Origin: an uncultured Rhodospirillaceae bacterium
GTDB lineage: Bacteria; Pseudomonadota; Alphaproteobacteria; Rhodospirillales; UBA2165
Assembly (NCBI GenBank): GCA_964574215.1
Contig: CAZNLR010000019.1
Span: 7,655-71,654, forward strand
Direction: 5' to 3'
Length of the DNA stretch: 64,000 nucleotides
Shown: in pieces, positions 45,563-54,672 of the stretch
Position numbering within the stretch: the first letter of the stretch is position 1
Layout of the letters: every line of letters starts with the position of its first letter
Notes under the pieces: generated by a model
What the model was told of the DNA's origin: nothing
Database searches by the model: none
What the model saw: the letters and a program-made list of their open reading frames with translations, nothing else
Program-made: the position numbers and the translations under genes

Positions 45563-46859
45563 CGGAGGGGGCTTTCCGTTGATGTTCGGCCAGGACTGAC
45601 GCGATCTCGTCGGCGATCAAATTTACGACCTGAGCTTGGGAATCGACAAAGGCAGTGCCGTTGGCCGCCAATTCGCGGCAGCGTTCCGGATCGGCGAGCA
45701 ATTTACCGACGGCTTTGGACAGCGTAGCCTGGTCCCGAACGGAGACGGCGCAATCCTGCCGCGCCATCTCTTCACTCATCCATTGGAAATTCATCATGTG
45801 AGGGCCATGGATGACGGCGCTCTGCAGGCGGAAGGCTTCAAGCGGGTTCTGTCCGCCGAGAGGCACCAGGGATTTGCCCATGAACACGATATCGGCGAGC
45901 CGGAAGAAGAGACCCATTTCTCCCATGGTATCGGCGACATAAATATCAGTTTTTTCGTCCGGCGCCTCTTTCCGGGAGCGCACCGCCACCGATAAACCCT
46001 GCGCCGTCAGCATCTCGGCGATCTCTGTTCCCCGGGCAGGGTGGCGCGGGACGATGATGGTCAGCAGGCCGGGATGATCCACTTTCAAATCGCGATGGAC
46101 CCCGGCGACGACATCTTCCTCGCCCGGATGGGTGCTGGCGGCGAGCCAGCGGGGCCGCCCGCCCATCAGTGATTGCAACTTGTTTAACTCCTCATCGTCG
46201 ACGGGCAGGGCCGGAACGGCGAATTTCAAATTTCCCACGCAGGTGCTTTTTATCGCGCCCAATTCCAGCAGCCTATCCACGTCCTCGTCCGACTGTCCCA
46301 AACACAGATCGAAGCAACGGAGCAGGCGGGCGATCAATCCTCTTGCCTTCTGCCAGCCCGCGAAAGCTTTGGGGGATATGCGGCCGTTGATCAGGACCAT
46401 GGGAATGTCGCGGGCGCTGGTCTCGGTGATCAGATTGGGCCAGAACTCGCTTTCCGCCCAGAGGGTCAGGTCGGGCCGCCAGTGATCCAGGAAGCGGCGC
46501 ACGTAGGGCAAGCGGTCGACGGGGATGTATTGGTGAAATGCCCGTTCCGGCAGCCGTTCCGCCATCAGTTTTGCCGACGTGGTGGTGCCGGTGGTGACAA
46601 GAATCTGGGTGTCGGAGGCGTCCGCCAGCAATTTGTCGATCAGTGGCAGAAAGGAAAGGGATTCGCCGACGCTGGCGCCATGCATCCAAATCAGACGGCC
46701 CCCATTGTCCAATTCCGAGGGCCGCGGTTTGCCGCCCAGCCCCAACCGTTCGGAAAAGCGGGCGGCATCCTCTTTGCCCGCCGCCTTTCTTTTATTGAGA
46801 TAAAGGCTGATCAACGGTCCGGCCAACACCGTCGCGCCCCGGTAGAGAGTCAGCATCAT
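45549..46859 (-). CDS. waaA: 3-deoxy-D-manno-octulosonic acid (Kdo) transferase
   Basis: 436 aa. WMHGASVGESLSFLPLI and a GT30 C-terminal domain. Confidence 0.93.
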   Translation of the reverse strand: MMLTLYRGATVLAGPLISLYLNKRKAAGKEDAARFSERLGLGGKPRPSELDNGGRLIWMHGASVGESLSFLPLIDKLLADASDTQILVTTGTTTSAKLMAERLPERAFHQYIPVDRLPYVRRFLDHWRPDLTLWAESEFWPNLITETSARDIPMVLINGRISPKAFAGWQKARGLIARLLRCFDLCLGQSDEDVDRLLELGAIKSTCVGNLKFAVPALPVDDEELNKLQSLMGGRPRWLAASTHPGEEDVVAGVHRDLKVDHPGLLTIIVPRHPARGTEIAEMLTAQGLSVAVRSRKEAPDEKTDIYVADTMGEMGLFFRLADIVFMGKSLVPLGGQNPLEAFRLQSAVIHGPHMMNFQWMSEEMARQDCAVSVRDQATLSKAVGKLLADPERCRELAANGTAFVDSQAQVVNLIADEIASVLAEHQRKAPSDAAA

Positions 46860-47578
46860 GGCGGCGTCTCCTCAACCAGTTCAGGCTCAATCGGCGTATG
46901 GTCGTACAACCGGTCGGCTTCGGAAGTAACCTGATTAAGCGCGTTTTCGAGCCGGTCGCGGGCTGCTTCCATTTCGTCCTCGCCGGCGTTGCGGGAAACC
47001 TCGATGGGCTCCCCCCAAAGAAATACGCCGCTGGAAAAGGGCAGGGGCATGATAAAGCGGTCCCAGCTGGCCATCACCCGGCGGCGGCTGGCGCTGAAGG
47101 ATAAAGGCACCAAGGGTGCGCCCGACAGCCGGGCCAAAGCGATGGCGCCGTCACTGGCCCGCATGCGGGGACCGCGTGGTCCGTCCGGTGTGATGCCGAT
47201 GCAGCCGCCCTCTTTCAACACTTTGACCATGGCGCGCAATGCCCCAGATCCACCCCGCTTGGTGGAGCCCGCCAGGGACCGGAAACCGAACCTGCCGATG
47301 GTGTCGGCGATCAACTGTCCGTCGGCGTGGCCGGAAATCAGCATGTAAAAAGGAACGTCCCGCCGCCAGTTGTAGGGCATCATCATCAATCGCCCATGCC
47401 AGAAACAAGCGATGAACGGCTTACCTTCCGCCCAGAATTTTTCCGGAATCTGGAAACCTTCATGTTTCCAATTACCGGTGGCGTGCACCAAGCGGATATA
47501 AAGCGCGCCCAAAGAACTGGTGAGGGCGCGGAGAAAGGGGCTCCTGGAAAAATTCTTTATGAACTGAGGCGTCGCCAT
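46856..47578 (-). CDS. DUF374 / lysophospholipid acyltransferase family protein
   Basis: 240 aa. FWHGRLMMMPY...GITPDGPRGP, commonly found upstream of waaA in alphaproteobacteria. Confidence 0.8.
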   Translation of the reverse strand: MATPQFIKNFSRSPFLRALTSSLGALYIRLVHATGNWKHEGFQIPEKFWAEGKPFIACFWHGRLMMMPYNWRRDVPFYMLISGHADGQLIADTIGRFGFRSLAGSTKRGGSGALRAMVKVLKEGGCIGITPDGPRGPRMRASDGAIALARLSGAPLVPLSFSASRRRVMASWDRFIMPLPFSSGVFLWGEPIEVSRNAGEDEMEAARDRLENALNQVTSEADRLYDHTPIEPELVEETPP

Positions 47579-47612
47579 TTCGTTTTGTTATATCCCCGTT
47601 ACCGACCCCGCG

Positions 47613-49418
47613 CTATTCCCCCAGCGCACGGGCGTCTTCCAGATGGACAACGGATTCGTTTTCTCTGAACTGCAGGTCGTACAGTTTGGCGTAAATGCCG
47701 TCCTTGGCCATCAGTTCCTCGTGGCTGCCGGATTCTGCCAAATTGCCCAAATCGATGACGTGTATCAGGTCGGCATCCATCACCGTGGACAATCGGTGGG
47801 CGATCACCAAGGTGGTGCGTCCTGCCATCAATTTTTTCAGTGCGACCTGAACATGGCGTTCCGATTCCGTATCCAGGGCCGATGTCGCCTCGTCCAGCAA
47901 TAGGATGGGCGCGTTCTTGAGCATGGCCCGGGCGATGGCCAGACGCTGGCGCTGGCCGCCGGAAACCTTGGTGCCCTGCTCGCCCACATAGGTGTCGTAA
48001 CCGTCGGGCATATCCATGATGAAATCGTGGGCGGCGGCGTTTTTGGCGGCATCGATGATTTCCTCCTCCGACGCACCGGGCCGCCCATAGGCGATGTTGG
48101 CGCGGATGGTGTCATCGAACAGGGTTACATCCTGGCTCACCAAAGCGATGGCGCCGCGAAGGGACGTGAACGTTACGTCCCGGACATCGCAGCCGTCGAT
48201 CACTATGTGACCTTCATCCACATCATAGAAGCGCGGGATCAGATTGAGGACGGTGGATTTTCCTGCCCCGGAGGGACCCACCAGCGCCACCGTTTTACCC
48301 GCCGGCACGTCCAGGGTGATGCCATTGAGGGCCGGCTGATCGGTTACGTAGGAGAATTTTACTTGCTCCAGATGCAAAGCGCCGCCCGAAACCCGAAGCT
48401 CAAGGGCGTCGGATTTTTCCAGGATTTCCGGCTCCCGGTCCAGCAGGGCAAAAAGACGTTGTGCACTGGCGAGGCCTTCCTGCAGGCTGGTGTTCAAATT
48501 AGCCAGCCGCTTCATCGGTTCGTAGGCCAGCAGGAGCGCCGTGATAAAAGAGAAAAAGGAGCCGGGATCCATAGAATTATCGATCACCCGCAACCCGCCG
48601 TAAAAAATAACCAACGCCACGGCCACGCCGCCCAAGGTCTCCATGATGGGACTGGCCAGGGATCGCGTGCGTGCCGCTTTGAACACCAGGCCGAACACCC
48701 GTTCGGCGATAGCACGGACTCGGCCTTTCTCATACTCCTCCATGCCATAGGCTTTGACCACGCGGGCGCCCTGGAAGGTCTGCTCCAACAGCGTGGTGAA
48801 CTGGCCCATTTCCTCCTGGGTATTGACGGTGACTTTGCGCATGCGCCGCCCCAGTTTAACAATAGGAAAGACGGCTATGGGAAAAACAACGAAAGCGATC
48901 AGCGCCAGCATCCAATCCTGCCAGAACATGACGCCGACCAGGAAGATCAAGGTCAGGAAGTCCTTGCCGAAGCCGGTCAGCGCATTTGAGACGGCAGTGC
49001 GCATCATATTGATGTCGACGGTAAAGCGGGAAATCAAATTGCCCGTGGGGCTGTCATGAAAAAAGCCCAGTTCCAGTCGCGTCAGATGAGCATAAAGCCG
49101 GTGCTGCGTGTCGGTGACGATGCGCAGACCGACGAAGCTCATCAGGACAGCCTGGCCGTAATTGGCCAGTCCCTTGACGGCGAAGGTCAGGATCACGGCG
49201 GCGCTGATGGGCAGCAAAAGACCACGGTCCCTGCCGACGAAGACATCGTTAATCACCGGTTTCATCAGGTAGGCGCTGAGTGCCGTGGCGCCGGCTACCA
49301 GCGCCATACATACAAGAGCAAATGCGATCCAGACCACATAAGGCCGGATGCTCTCCCGCGCCAGCCTGGAAACCAGCGCACGGGTGGAAGTGTTTTGGGT
49401 TGGTCGGGGACTATTCAA
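47613..49418 (-). CDS. msbA: ABC transporter permease/ATPase, MsbA-like lipid A exporter (start codon uncertain)
   Basis: 6-TM domain plus NBD (GPSGAGKST, VSGGQRQRLAIARA, ILLLDEATSALD). There is no ATG near the N-terminus. Candidate starts are the TTG at 49418 or a TTG/GTG at 49451/49433, which lie inside the 28-bp repeat arm. Confidence 0.85.
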   Translation of the reverse strand: MNSPRPTQNTSTRALVSRLARESIRPYVVWIAFALVCMALVAGATALSAYLMKPVINDVFVGRDRGLLLPISAAVILTFAVKGLANYGQAVLMSFVGLRIVTDTQHRLYAHLTRLELGFFHDSPTGNLISRFTVDINMMRTAVSNALTGFGKDFLTLIFLVGVMFWQDWMLALIAFVVFPIAVFPIVKLGRRMRKVTVNTQEEMGQFTTLLEQTFQGARVVKAYGMEEYEKGRVRAIAERVFGLVFKAARTRSLASPIMETLGGVAVALVIFYGGLRVIDNSMDPGSFFSFITALLLAYEPMKRLANLNTSLQEGLASAQRLFALLDREPEILEKSDALELRVSGGALHLEQVKFSYVTDQPALNGITLDVPAGKTVALVGPSGAGKSTVLNLIPRFYDVDEGHIVIDGCDVRDVTFTSLRGAIALVSQDVTLFDDTIRANIAYGRPGASEEEIIDAAKNAAAHDFIMDMPDGYDTYVGEQGTKVSGGQRQRLAIARAMLKNAPILLLDEATSALDTESERHVQVALKKLMAGRTTLVIAHRLSTVMDADLIHVIDLGNLAESGSHEELMAKDGIYAKLYDLQFRENESVVHLEDARALGE

Positions 49419-49425
49419 GATATTA

Positions 49426-49522
49426 CCCCCCACCCTAACCCTCCCCCGCAAGGGGAGAGGGGACAGTAGCGAGCACCCACTAGATTCCCTCCCTCCTTGC
49501 GGGGGAGGGTTAGGGTGGGGGG
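49426..49522. repeat. Perfect 28-bp GC-rich inverted repeat with a 41-nt spacer (REP-like palindromic element)
   Basis: Left arm 49426-49453 is CCCCCCACCCTAACCCTCCCCCGCAAGG. Right arm 49495-49522 is CCTTGCGGGGGAGGGTTAGGGTGGGGGG, its exact reverse complement, with partial complementarity continuing inward. Confidence 0.85.
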
Positions 49523-49622
49523 ATCAATCAACAGTGTTTTATCGAAATCCACGAACCTAAGGCCCTGAAATAATTGGATTCTATGATGCGGAATATATCA
49601 CATATAATGTATTAATGGCAGG

Positions 49623-50966
49623 TTACTTGCCCGCCACGGTAAGGCCGTCGATACGGATGGTGGGGGCGTCGACGCCGTAGCGGAATTCCAGGTCGTTGGC
49701 GGGCGTCAGGTTCTGGAACATGTCGTTGAGGTTGCCCGCCACCGTGACTTCGCTGACCGGATAGGCGATCTCGCCGTTTTCGATCCAGTAGCCGGATGCG
49801 CCCCGGCTGTAGTCACCGGTCAGACCATTGATGCCGAAACCAATCAGCTCGGTGACATAAAGCCCACTTTTGATATCAGCCATGAGTTCCGCCGGCGTCA
49901 TGTCGCCCGCTTCCATATAAAGGTTGGTGGCGGACGGTGACGGCGGCCCGCCGGCGCCCCGTGATGCATGCCCCGTGGTCTGCAATCCTAATTGCCGGGA
50001 CGACCGTAAATCCAGAAACCAGGTGGTGAGTACACCGTCCTCGATTATCCGGCGTTTTTGGTTGGCCACACCTTCGCCGTCGAAAGGCTTGGACCGCAGG
50101 CCCCTTAGCCGGTGGGGGTCGTCGATTACGTTGACCGAGGACTGGAATATCCGCTGCCCCATCTTGTCTTTCAAGAAACTGGTATCCCGGGCGATGGAGG
50201 CGCCGTTGATGGCGCTGGACAAATGTCCCAACAGGCCGCGGGAGACGCGGGGGTCGTAAACGATAGGCGCCTGAACGGTGTCGGCCTTTTTTGGGTTAAG
50301 GCGTTTGACGGCCTTTTCACCCGCATTTCTGCCCACTTCCTCGGGCGTCATCATGTCTTCGGCGTAAACCGCGCCCGTATAGTCGTAATCCCGTTCCATG
50401 CCCGTGCCTTCGCCGGCCAGTACCGACGCGCTCAAGGAATAATGAGAGCCGGCATAAGTCTGAGCGAAACCGTTGGTGGCGGCGACACATACGCTGGCCT
50501 TGCCCCATCCCGCTTCGGCGCCTTCGGAATTGGTGACGCCGTCGACAGAGCGGGCGGTTTCTTCGGCGCGCTTGGCCCAACCCACCAAAGTTTCAGCCGA
50601 GGGTTCAGACGGGTCGCAGCTGTCCAGATCAATGATTTCCGTGGCCAGTTGATCGGGGTCCGCCAAACCGCAATAGGGGTCCTCCGGCACCGATTTGGCC
50701 ATGGCGACGACGCGCTCGACCAATTCGTCCAGGGCTTCGGCGCCGGTGTCCGACGAGGAAACGATGGCCTGGCGTTTTCCCACCAGGGCGCGAAGGCCGA
50801 CGTCGGCGCTTTCGGAACGTTCCAGTTTCTCCGGATGGCCCAGCCGTTCCGCCACCGACAGGGACTGGCTTTCGATAAAAACCGCATCGGCGGCATCGGC
50901 GCCCTTGGCCTGGGCCTTTTTCAAGAGATCGGATAATTGATCCAGCATATCGGCGGTGTCGTTCAT
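49623..50966 (-). CDS. pmbA: TldD/PmbA family metalloprotease (PmbA/TldE-like)
   Basis: 447 aa with PmbA-type N-terminus and C-terminal GxC...TVAGN region. Confidence 0.88.
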   Translation of the reverse strand: MNDTADMLDQLSDLLKKAQAKGADAADAVFIESQSLSVAERLGHPEKLERSESADVGLRALVGKRQAIVSSSDTGAEALDELVERVVAMAKSVPEDPYCGLADPDQLATEIIDLDSCDPSEPSAETLVGWAKRAEETARSVDGVTNSEGAEAGWGKASVCVAATNGFAQTYAGSHYSLSASVLAGEGTGMERDYDYTGAVYAEDMMTPEEVGRNAGEKAVKRLNPKKADTVQAPIVYDPRVSRGLLGHLSSAINGASIARDTSFLKDKMGQRIFQSSVNVIDDPHRLRGLRSKPFDGEGVANQKRRIIEDGVLTTWFLDLRSSRQLGLQTTGHASRGAGGPPSPSATNLYMEAGDMTPAELMADIKSGLYVTELIGFGINGLTGDYSRGASGYWIENGEIAYPVSEVTVAGNLNDMFQNLTPANDLEFRYGVDAPTIRIDGLTVAGK

Positions 50967-50993
50967 TTACGGATGTTCCTATTTCCAAATAGC

Positions 50994-52502
50994 CTATTTC
51001 CAAATCGAGTGGCCGCTACCGGGCAGGCCAAGCTTTTCCCACATGTCGGAGACCTTCTCAATCACTTCGTCGGACATGCGGATTTTCTCGCCCCAGTCCC
51101 GATGGGTTTCCGGCGGCAGCTTGTTGGTGGCGTCGAGGCCCATCTTGCCGCCCAGGCTCGGCTCGGGCGACGCGAAATCGAGATAGTCGATGGGCGTGTT
51201 ATCCATCAACGTGACGTCCCGGACCGGGTCCATGCGGGTGGATATGGCCCAGATCACATCCTCCCACTTGCGGGCGTCGATATCGTCATCCACCACGATG
51301 ACGATCTTGGTGTAGAGAAACTGCCGCAAGTACGACCAGACCGCCATCATGATGCGTTTGGCGTGGCCGGGATAGGCTTTCTTGATGGAGACCACGGCGA
51401 CCCGGTAGGAACACGCCTCGGGTGGCAGCCAAAAATCCACCACTTCGGGGAACTGCTGGATGAACAGGGGAATGAACAGTTCGTTGAGGGCCTCGCCCAT
51501 CACGGAAGGCTCGTCCGGCGGCCGGCCGGTGAAGGTGGAAAGATAAATGGGATCCCGGCGCATGGTGATGGCGCTTACCTTGAAGACGGGAAATTGTTCC
51601 ACCGCATTGTAATAGCCGGTGTGATCGCCGTAGGGTCCTTCGTCGCTGAACTCGTCCAGCATAACGTGGCCTTCGATGACGATCTCGGCCTCGGCGGGTA
51701 CCTTTAGGGGCACGGTCTTGCAATCGGTGAGCGACCCTTTTTCGCCCCGCAACAGCCCGGCGAACTGATATTCGGACATGGTGTCCGGCACCGGTGCGAC
51801 GGCGGCCAGAATGGTGGCCGGATCGGCGCCGATCACCACGGCGGCGGGCACCGATTCATTTGATTTGGCGAAGGCCTCGGAGAAAGCCTGGGCGCCGCCC
51901 CGGTGTTTAAGCCAGCGCATCAGGGTGGTGTCCTTACCGGTCACCTGCATACGGTAGATGCCGATATTAAAATTGTCCGGGCCCTTGATCTGATCGTTGC
52001 GGGTCACCACCAATGGCCAGGTGATAAGCGGCGCCGGTTCATCGGGCCAGCAAGTCTGAATAGGCAGTTTGGCGAGATCAATGTCGTCACCCTGCCAGAC
52101 CACATCCTGGCACGGCGCGCTGGCGGTGGTTTTGGGTTTCATGGCCATGGCCGACTTAACCATGGGCAGCATCTCAAGCGCTTCCCGCCAGCCGCCCGGC
52201 GGTTCGGGCTGGCGCATGAATGCGAGAGATTCACCCAGTTGGCGCAACTCTTCGGGCTCCCGTCCCATGCCCCAGGCCACCCGCTCTACGGTGCCGAACA
52301 AATTGACCAGCATGGGAAATTCGTATTTTTGACCATCTTCGCCAACCACGTTTTCGAACAGGACGGCAGGCCCTTTTTCGGCCAGCAGACGGGTCTGAAT
52401 TTCGGTCATTTCCAGCACGGAAGATACCGGCTCGGCCACCCGCACCAGCCGGCCTTCCTTTTCCAGCCGGGCCACAAACTCCCGAAGATTTTTGTCCGCC
52501 AT
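50994..52502 (-). CDS. ubiD: UbiD family decarboxylase (4-hydroxy-3-polyprenylbenzoate decarboxylase)
   Basis: 502 aa. LREFVARLEKEGRLVRV...GPAVLFENV...IGIYRMQV are typical of UbiD. Confidence 0.92.
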   Translation of the reverse strand: MADKNLREFVARLEKEGRLVRVAEPVSSVLEMTEIQTRLLAEKGPAVLFENVVGEDGQKYEFPMLVNLFGTVERVAWGMGREPEELRQLGESLAFMRQPEPPGGWREALEMLPMVKSAMAMKPKTTASAPCQDVVWQGDDIDLAKLPIQTCWPDEPAPLITWPLVVTRNDQIKGPDNFNIGIYRMQVTGKDTTLMRWLKHRGGAQAFSEAFAKSNESVPAAVVIGADPATILAAVAPVPDTMSEYQFAGLLRGEKGSLTDCKTVPLKVPAEAEIVIEGHVMLDEFSDEGPYGDHTGYYNAVEQFPVFKVSAITMRRDPIYLSTFTGRPPDEPSVMGEALNELFIPLFIQQFPEVVDFWLPPEACSYRVAVVSIKKAYPGHAKRIMMAVWSYLRQFLYTKIVIVVDDDIDARKWEDVIWAISTRMDPVRDVTLMDNTPIDYLDFASPEPSLGGKMGLDATNKLPPETHRDWGEKIRMSDEVIEKVSDMWEKLGLPGSGHSIWK

Positions 52503-52786
52503 GAATTAAGTGCTTTCGCAGGTTCTCATTCCGGCGTCACCATAAAGGGCGGGTGCGGGGGTGACAACAAACTAACTGTATTGTTGCGGAGCACTAACGG
52601 TATCACTTTCGGATTGGTTTTTGGCAGTCCTGCGAGCCATTTCAACGATTTCCGGCCCTACCGAACTTTATTGCGCTATCAGATGATCGCCGATACCCTG
52701 TTCGACCGAAATTCAACGGACGAACCAGGGACCGTCCGATTGGTTGTTCTTGGAATATGGTTACATAGCATAGGGGCTGGCAGGCC

Positions 52787-54571
52787 ATGGCTAACGAAAC
52801 GATAACAATTGACCCTTCCAACGAGGCAGAAGCCTACCGGCGGTTGATCGATCTGGGAATCCAGCTGTCGGCGGAGCGCAATCACAACAAGCTGATGGAA
52901 AATATCCTGTTGGCGGCCAAGGAGTTCTGTAACGCCGACGCCGGAACCCTGTACCTGATGACCGAAGCCGATACGCTGTGTTTTCGTATCATCCGCAATG
53001 ATTCGCTCGATATCGCCCAGGGCGGCACCACCGGCGAGGAAATCGCCCTGCCGGATGTGAAGCTGTTTGATGAGGATGGCGAGCCCAACCTGCACAATGT
53101 TTCTGCCGCCGCCGCCGTCACCGGCAAGACCATTAACATTCCCGACGCTTACGCCTCCAACCGCTACGACTTTTCGGGCACCAAGAAGTTCGATGAATCG
53201 ACGGGCTATAATTCCCAGTCCTTTTTGACCGTGCCTCTGAAAAACCACGAAGGCGATGTGATCGGCGTTTTGCAGCTGCTCAACGCCCAAGACCGGGAAA
53301 CCGGGGACGTTATTCCGTTCGCCGAAAAGATCGAGCCCTTGATCGAGGCCATTGCGTCCCAGGCGGCGGTGTCCCTCAACAACCAGATGCTTCTGGAGGC
53401 GCAGAAACAGCTGCTGGACGCCTTTATCGAGTTGATTGCGGGCGCCATTGACGCCAAGTCGCCCTACACGGGCGGGCACTGCCAACGGGTGCCGGAACTG
53501 ACCAATATGCTGGCGGCGGCAGCCTGTGAGTCCGACATGCCTTCCTTCAAGGAATTCGAACTCACCGAAGACGAATGGTACGAATTGCACATCGCAGGCT
53601 GGCTGCACGATTGCGGCAAGGTGACGACGCCTGAATATGTGGTCGACAAGGCGACCAAGCTGGAAACCATCTATGACCGCATTCACGAAGTGCGCATGCG
53701 GTTCGAAGTGCTGAAACGTGACGCCGAAATTGAGATGCTCAAGGGTCTGCTGGATGGCGGCGATGCGGTGGAACTGGGTAAGATATTCGAGGATCGGATT
53801 GCCCAGCTGGACGAAGACTACGCCTTTGTCGCCGAATGCAACGTTGGCGGCGAATTCATGGCCGATGAAAAGGTCGACCGGATCAAAGAGATCGCCAAGT
53901 TGAAATGGACCCGCACCCTTTCCGACCGGATCGGTATTTCCTACGACGAGGCCAAGCGGAAGGAGCGGGATGAAGAACCCAGCCTGCCGGTGGTGGAAAG
54001 CCTGCTGGACGACCGCTACGACCATATTATTATCCGGGAGGAACACGACCTGCTGCCGCCCGACAATAAATGGGGCTTCGACATGACGGTGCCGGAACAC
54101 AAATTCAATCTGGGTGAGGTTTATAATTTATGTATCGGCCGCGGCACCCTGACCGAAGAAGACCGCTATAAGATCAACGATCACATCGTCCAGACCATCA
54201 TCATGCTGGAAAGCCTGCCTTTTCCGAAACATCTGAAACGGGTGCCGGAATATGCCGGTGGCCACCATGAAAAAATGGATGGCACCGGTTATCCAAGAAA
54301 ACTCGAAAAGAAAGATATGACCATCCCGGCCCGGATCATGGCCATCGCCGATATATTCGAGGCCTTGACCGCCGCCGACAGGCCCTACAAAGCGCCCAAG
54401 AAACTTTCCGACTCCGTCAAGATCATGAGCTTTATGAAAAAGGACGCTCATATCGATGACGAACTGTTTGAACTGTTCCTCACTTCGGGCGTCTATAAGG
54501 ACTACGCCGAAAAATTCCTGCTGCCGGAACAGCTGGACGAGGTCGATATCTCCGAATACCTGAGTGGCTGA
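52787..54571 (+). CDS. GAF domain-containing HD-GYP phosphohydrolase (probable c-di-GMP phosphodiesterase)
   Basis: 594 aa. N-terminal GAF, a long linker, then HD (WLHDCGK) and HHEKMDGTGYP, the HD-GYP signature. Confidence 0.88.
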   Translation: MANETITIDPSNEAEAYRRLIDLGIQLSAERNHNKLMENILLAAKEFCNADAGTLYLMTEADTLCFRIIRNDSLDIAQGGTTGEEIALPDVKLFDEDGEPNLHNVSAAAAVTGKTINIPDAYASNRYDFSGTKKFDESTGYNSQSFLTVPLKNHEGDVIGVLQLLNAQDRETGDVIPFAEKIEPLIEAIASQAAVSLNNQMLLEAQKQLLDAFIELIAGAIDAKSPYTGGHCQRVPELTNMLAAAACESDMPSFKEFELTEDEWYELHIAGWLHDCGKVTTPEYVVDKATKLETIYDRIHEVRMRFEVLKRDAEIEMLKGLLDGGDAVELGKIFEDRIAQLDEDYAFVAECNVGGEFMADEKVDRIKEIAKLKWTRTLSDRIGISYDEAKRKERDEEPSLPVVESLLDDRYDHIIIREEHDLLPPDNKWGFDMTVPEHKFNLGEVYNLCIGRGTLTEEDRYKINDHIVQTIIMLESLPFPKHLKRVPEYAGGHHEKMDGTGYPRKLEKKDMTIPARIMAIADIFEALTAADRPYKAPKKLSDSVKIMSFMKKDAHIDDELFELFLTSGVYKDYAEKFLLPEQLDEVDISEYLSG

Positions 54572-54580
54572 CTCTTCCCT

Positions 54581-54633
54581 AATTAAGTAATCTGTCCCCG
54601 AATTAGAGAATTTCGGGGACAGATTACTTAATT
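54581..54633. terminator. Perfect 22-bp hairpin with 9-nt loop, immediately after the HD-GYP gene
   Basis: AATTAAGTAATCTGTCCCCGAA ttagagaat TTCGGGGACAGATTACTTAATT followed by ATTTT. It ends 3 nt before a TTGACA -35 box. Confidence 0.65.
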
Positions 54634-54636
54634 ATT

Positions 54637-54665
54637 TTGACATTCAGGCCTGTTTTCCGTAAATT
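54637..54665 (+). promoter_or_regulatory. Sigma70-like promoter candidate for the TetR gene (TTGACA-N17-TAAATT), implying a leaderless or near-leaderless mRNA
   Basis: TTGACA at 54637-54642, a 17-nt spacer, TAAATT at 54660-54665. The ATG at 54673 is 7 nt downstream with no Shine-Dalgarno sequence in between. Confidence 0.4.
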
Positions 54666-54672
54666 TGGTCAA

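Noticed and set aside
49348-49560. 70-aa ORF (…ILPPTLTLPRKGRGDSSEHPLDSLPPCGGGLGWGD…)
   Set aside because: It is simply the translation of the 28-bp inverted repeat and its spacer. The Pro/Gly-rich pseudo-peptide is typical of translated GC-rich palindromic repeats.
52503-52786. Possible structured RNA in the 284-bp ubiD/HD-GYP divergent region (short complementary segments AGTGCT/AGCACT, TCGCAGG/CCTGCGA, GTCACC/GGTGAC, CGGACG/CGTCCG)
   Set aside because: The pairings are only 6-7 nt each and are mutually crossing. There is no recognisable riboswitch or sRNA signature and no terminator. This is compatible with chance in a 284-nt sequence.
52679-54100. 473-aa ORF antisense to the GAF-HD-GYP gene
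   Set aside because: The sense-strand protein has clear GAF and HHExxDGxGYP motifs. The antisense product is low-complexity (Gly/Val/Phe/Gln-rich) and extends into the upstream non-coding region.
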